Below are positions 52,184-64,000 of a stretch of 64,000 bases of DNA, piece after piece. Every line of letters starts with the position of its first letter. Positions within the stretch are counted from its first letter, which is position 1. Both the position numbers and the translations under genes were made by a program. This DNA comes from Amoebidium appalachense. Lineage: Eukaryota > Protista > Ichthyosporea. The notes beneath the pieces were generated by a model. That model searched no databases, was not told the origin of the DNA, and saw only the letters and a list, made by a program, of their open reading frames with translations. The stretch lies in the NCBI GenBank assembly GCA_963693365.1, contig CAVNZM010000003.1, forward strand, positions 9,375,019 through 9,439,018. Reading direction: 5' to 3'.

Positions 52184-53969
52184 TGACAGATCCGATGCTT
52201 TGAAACGTTGCAACGGTTTGCGCGCAAGACCAGTGCTGTTTCCATGCTTGTGTTAGTACATACCTACGTCATCAGACTCTAATCATTCCTTGTCAAATCA
52301 TAGCTACTGTCTTGCGATATTACGGCCAATTGTTAAATACATGACTTCGCGCAAACTTTGAGCGACTGGCCAGCGTAACTTTCAAGTTTTTGAGGTCAAG
52401 TAATACATAATAGATAGTCCCTTACATGTACGAGCACATGTTTTGCTTGGTCTAGTGTACAAACGTAAACGCTGTCGACTTAGAGCTATTTTAGAAGGGC
52501 TTCCGTTCCATAAACAACTCTAATAGAGTTAGAGTTCCGAGTTATGAACGACCAAAAATCTCCTTTCCCGCCCAGCTTTTCTTTCTGCAAATATATGAGA
52601 TTGAGCTTTATTAGGAGGTATATCATAACACTACAGAGCATAACGTAGATCCCTTTATCAGCAATATATGAACATTAGGAAGCTCCCTTGTGTCTAGTCA
52701 ACAGTTTTCCAGCCTTTGCGTTGGTCTTTGCGCTTTGCAGGTGCCATCCAGGAACCATAGACAAGTTACAGCGCCCGCTTGATGAGGTATCCCCCCCCCC
52801 CCCCCCCCCCCTTACCCTCCCTCCCCCTCCCTCACCTTTTCCCCGCCCCCCTTCCCTCACCCCCCCCCCCCGCCCGCCCCTCCCCCCTCCCCTCCTCCAT
52901 CACGTGGGCAAATCCTCCCCGCCCCCTCCCCCCTCCCCCCTTCCCTTCCCCCCCTCCCCACCCGCCCCGTCTCCGTCCCTCCTTAGTTTCTCTCCCATCT
53001 CCCCCTCCCTCCACCCCATCCGTTCACCTCGTCGGCTGCTGACTAGCTTTTGAGAGTCAAAGTTCCGCCTTGTGAAGCGATGACCGATCTTGAGGTAGAG
53101 TGTTTGTTTCAGGGGACCCTTTGTTTGGAGTTGCAGAGATCAGGAGTTCATGCATGGGTGGCCTCCAAATGTATCCCCCCTCCCCCCTCCCCACCCCCAC
53201 CCCCTCCCCCCTTACCCCCCTTCACCCCCCCACCCACCCACCCACCACCCACCCACCCCACCCCCTGCCCCCCTCTCCTTCCCTTTCTTCTCCGTGCCCT
53301 TGAGTAAGGTCCTTGTGTGCCTTTCTGTCTTTGTACGTGTAGAGCATTCTACGCCCTACGCCCCCCTCACTGGCTTCCTCCTGACTCCTGCAGAGAACTA
53401 AAGTGTGTGTTTGTGTGTGGGGAAGGGGGGTGTGTGTGCGTGTGTGTGTGTGGGTAGGGGGGGAGGGGGGGAGGGGGGGAGGGGGGGAGGGGGGAGTGTC
53501 TGTGTATATCTGTGTGTTGTTGTTGTGGTGGTGGTGGGGGAGGCGGGGAGGGGCTAGGATACAACCTGTATTTTGGTACATAGAGGTGAATCTAGAATTC
53601 ATGGGAAAGGGGTAGTTTTTGAAGATGGGGATAAGTTTTTTTCTTACGGGCCAGTTTCTGAGAGAACGAGTGAGATACATTCCACTGTTTTTTAACAGAT
53701 TGTTGCAGGCAGTTACTTCATGTCGGCCCAGTCTCGGAAATCTACCGAAAATTCACGACGATTGTCGGCAGTTTGGGTGTGTTAATACCCCCCCCCCCCC
53801 CCCCCCCCCCCCCTGCACTCCACCTCCCCCCTGTCGGCTCTTAACACCCCCCGGCCCCCGCCCCCCGTTCCCTTACATGAATGTACGTGCAATCACATAT
53901 ACAGACGATTGTACACCTCGAGCACTGGACAAGTACGTGCACACCTATGCACACACAAGTGCACGCCCG

Positions 53970-54054
<85 letters not shown>

Positions 54055-54343
54055 ACACCTCACGTCCCGAGCAAGTACCACGGTTGTCGATGTTGGCATT
54101 TTCCTTTATTACTAGCACCATTCCTCTTTCGGAATTAACCGGGGTCATCTAGAATTCCTCTTCTAGGGCATTTCACTCTAAGCAGCCCCCCCCCCCCCCT
54201 CCCCCCTGCCCCGTCCCCCCCACCCCCCCCGACCCTTTTGTGGCCTTCTACTTTCCCTTCACTGTTTTTTCAACCACACCAATCAGTAGTTTCGCCCGCA
54301 CAAGCCAAGCCTCCCCTAAAAAGGGAGGGGGGAGGGTGTGTGG

Positions 54344-54374
<31 letters not shown>

Positions 54375-54704
54375 GGGGGGGGGGGGAGGAAGCAGGGAGG
54401 GAGGGAGGGAGGGAGATAGAGAGGGAGAGAGGGAATGAGAGAGAGAGAAGGGGGCGGGGATCGGGGGAGGGGGGTGAGGAGGGGAGGGGGAAGAGAGAGA
54501 ATGAGTGAGTGAGTGAGAGAGAGAGGGGGGGGGGGGGGGGAAGGGAGGGGGCGGGGGGAAAGGGGGGGGGGGGGGGAAGAGAGAGAGAGAGAGAGGGAGG
54601 GAGGGAGGGAGGGAGGGAGGGAGGGAGGGAGAGGAGAAGAAGAAAAGATGAAGAAGAAAACACGTAGCCCCAAATCTCACATTGTCCACGTGTCTTCTCC
54701 ACAG

Positions 54705-63764
<9,060 letters not shown>

Positions 63765-63852
63765 GTAACATCCCCCCCCCCCCCCCCCCCCCCCCTCCCC
63801 GCCCTCTGCTCTACCCTTCTGTCCCATGCATCCCCCTTCCCCTTCCCCCCAC

Positions 63853-63883
<31 letters not shown>

Positions 63884-64000
63884 CACACACACACACACAC
63901 ACACACACACTTCCACACCGCAGCGTGCGCTCTGCTTACGTTTTATGCTCTGTGTGGTTTTTGTTTTTTTTACCTGCCCCCCCCCCCCCCCCCCCCCCCC

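Overview
This is an intron-rich eukaryotic window, probably from a unicellular relative of animals (inferred from a Spire-like gene). It is saturated with poly(C)/poly(G) and (CA)n/(TG)n tracts, so most ORFs in the supplied track are microsatellite artefacts. Host genes reconstructed by hand from splice junctions: a 6-exon 14-3-3 gene (+, 1127-6114), an 8-exon heme oxygenase (+, 37800-45057, with one GC-AG intron), an intronless secreted Cys-repeat protein (-, 47507-48514) and a multi-exon Spire-like KIND/WH2 actin nucleator (+, from 54705, running off the right end). Between 14-3-3 and heme oxygenase lies a ~27 kb transposon nest. It contains an RT-less gag+tyrosine-recombinase element (7343-10527) and an outer TIR element (10528-34582). 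The outer element holds a 19.3 kb inner TIR element (11184-30472, with subterminal tandem arrays, two Ngaro-type YR retrotransposons, a 182-bp satellite and an unknown spliced gene) plus tandem decayed non-LTR RT copies. The most unusual signal is a dispersed family of 5'-truncated inserts. They sit in or next to poly(C) tracts, end in ...GCATTCAAA-C(n), and carry a covarying, kink-turn-containing RNA structure: a candidate poly(C)-tailed or poly(C)-targeting retroposon. All calls come from reading the sequence; no database searches were run.
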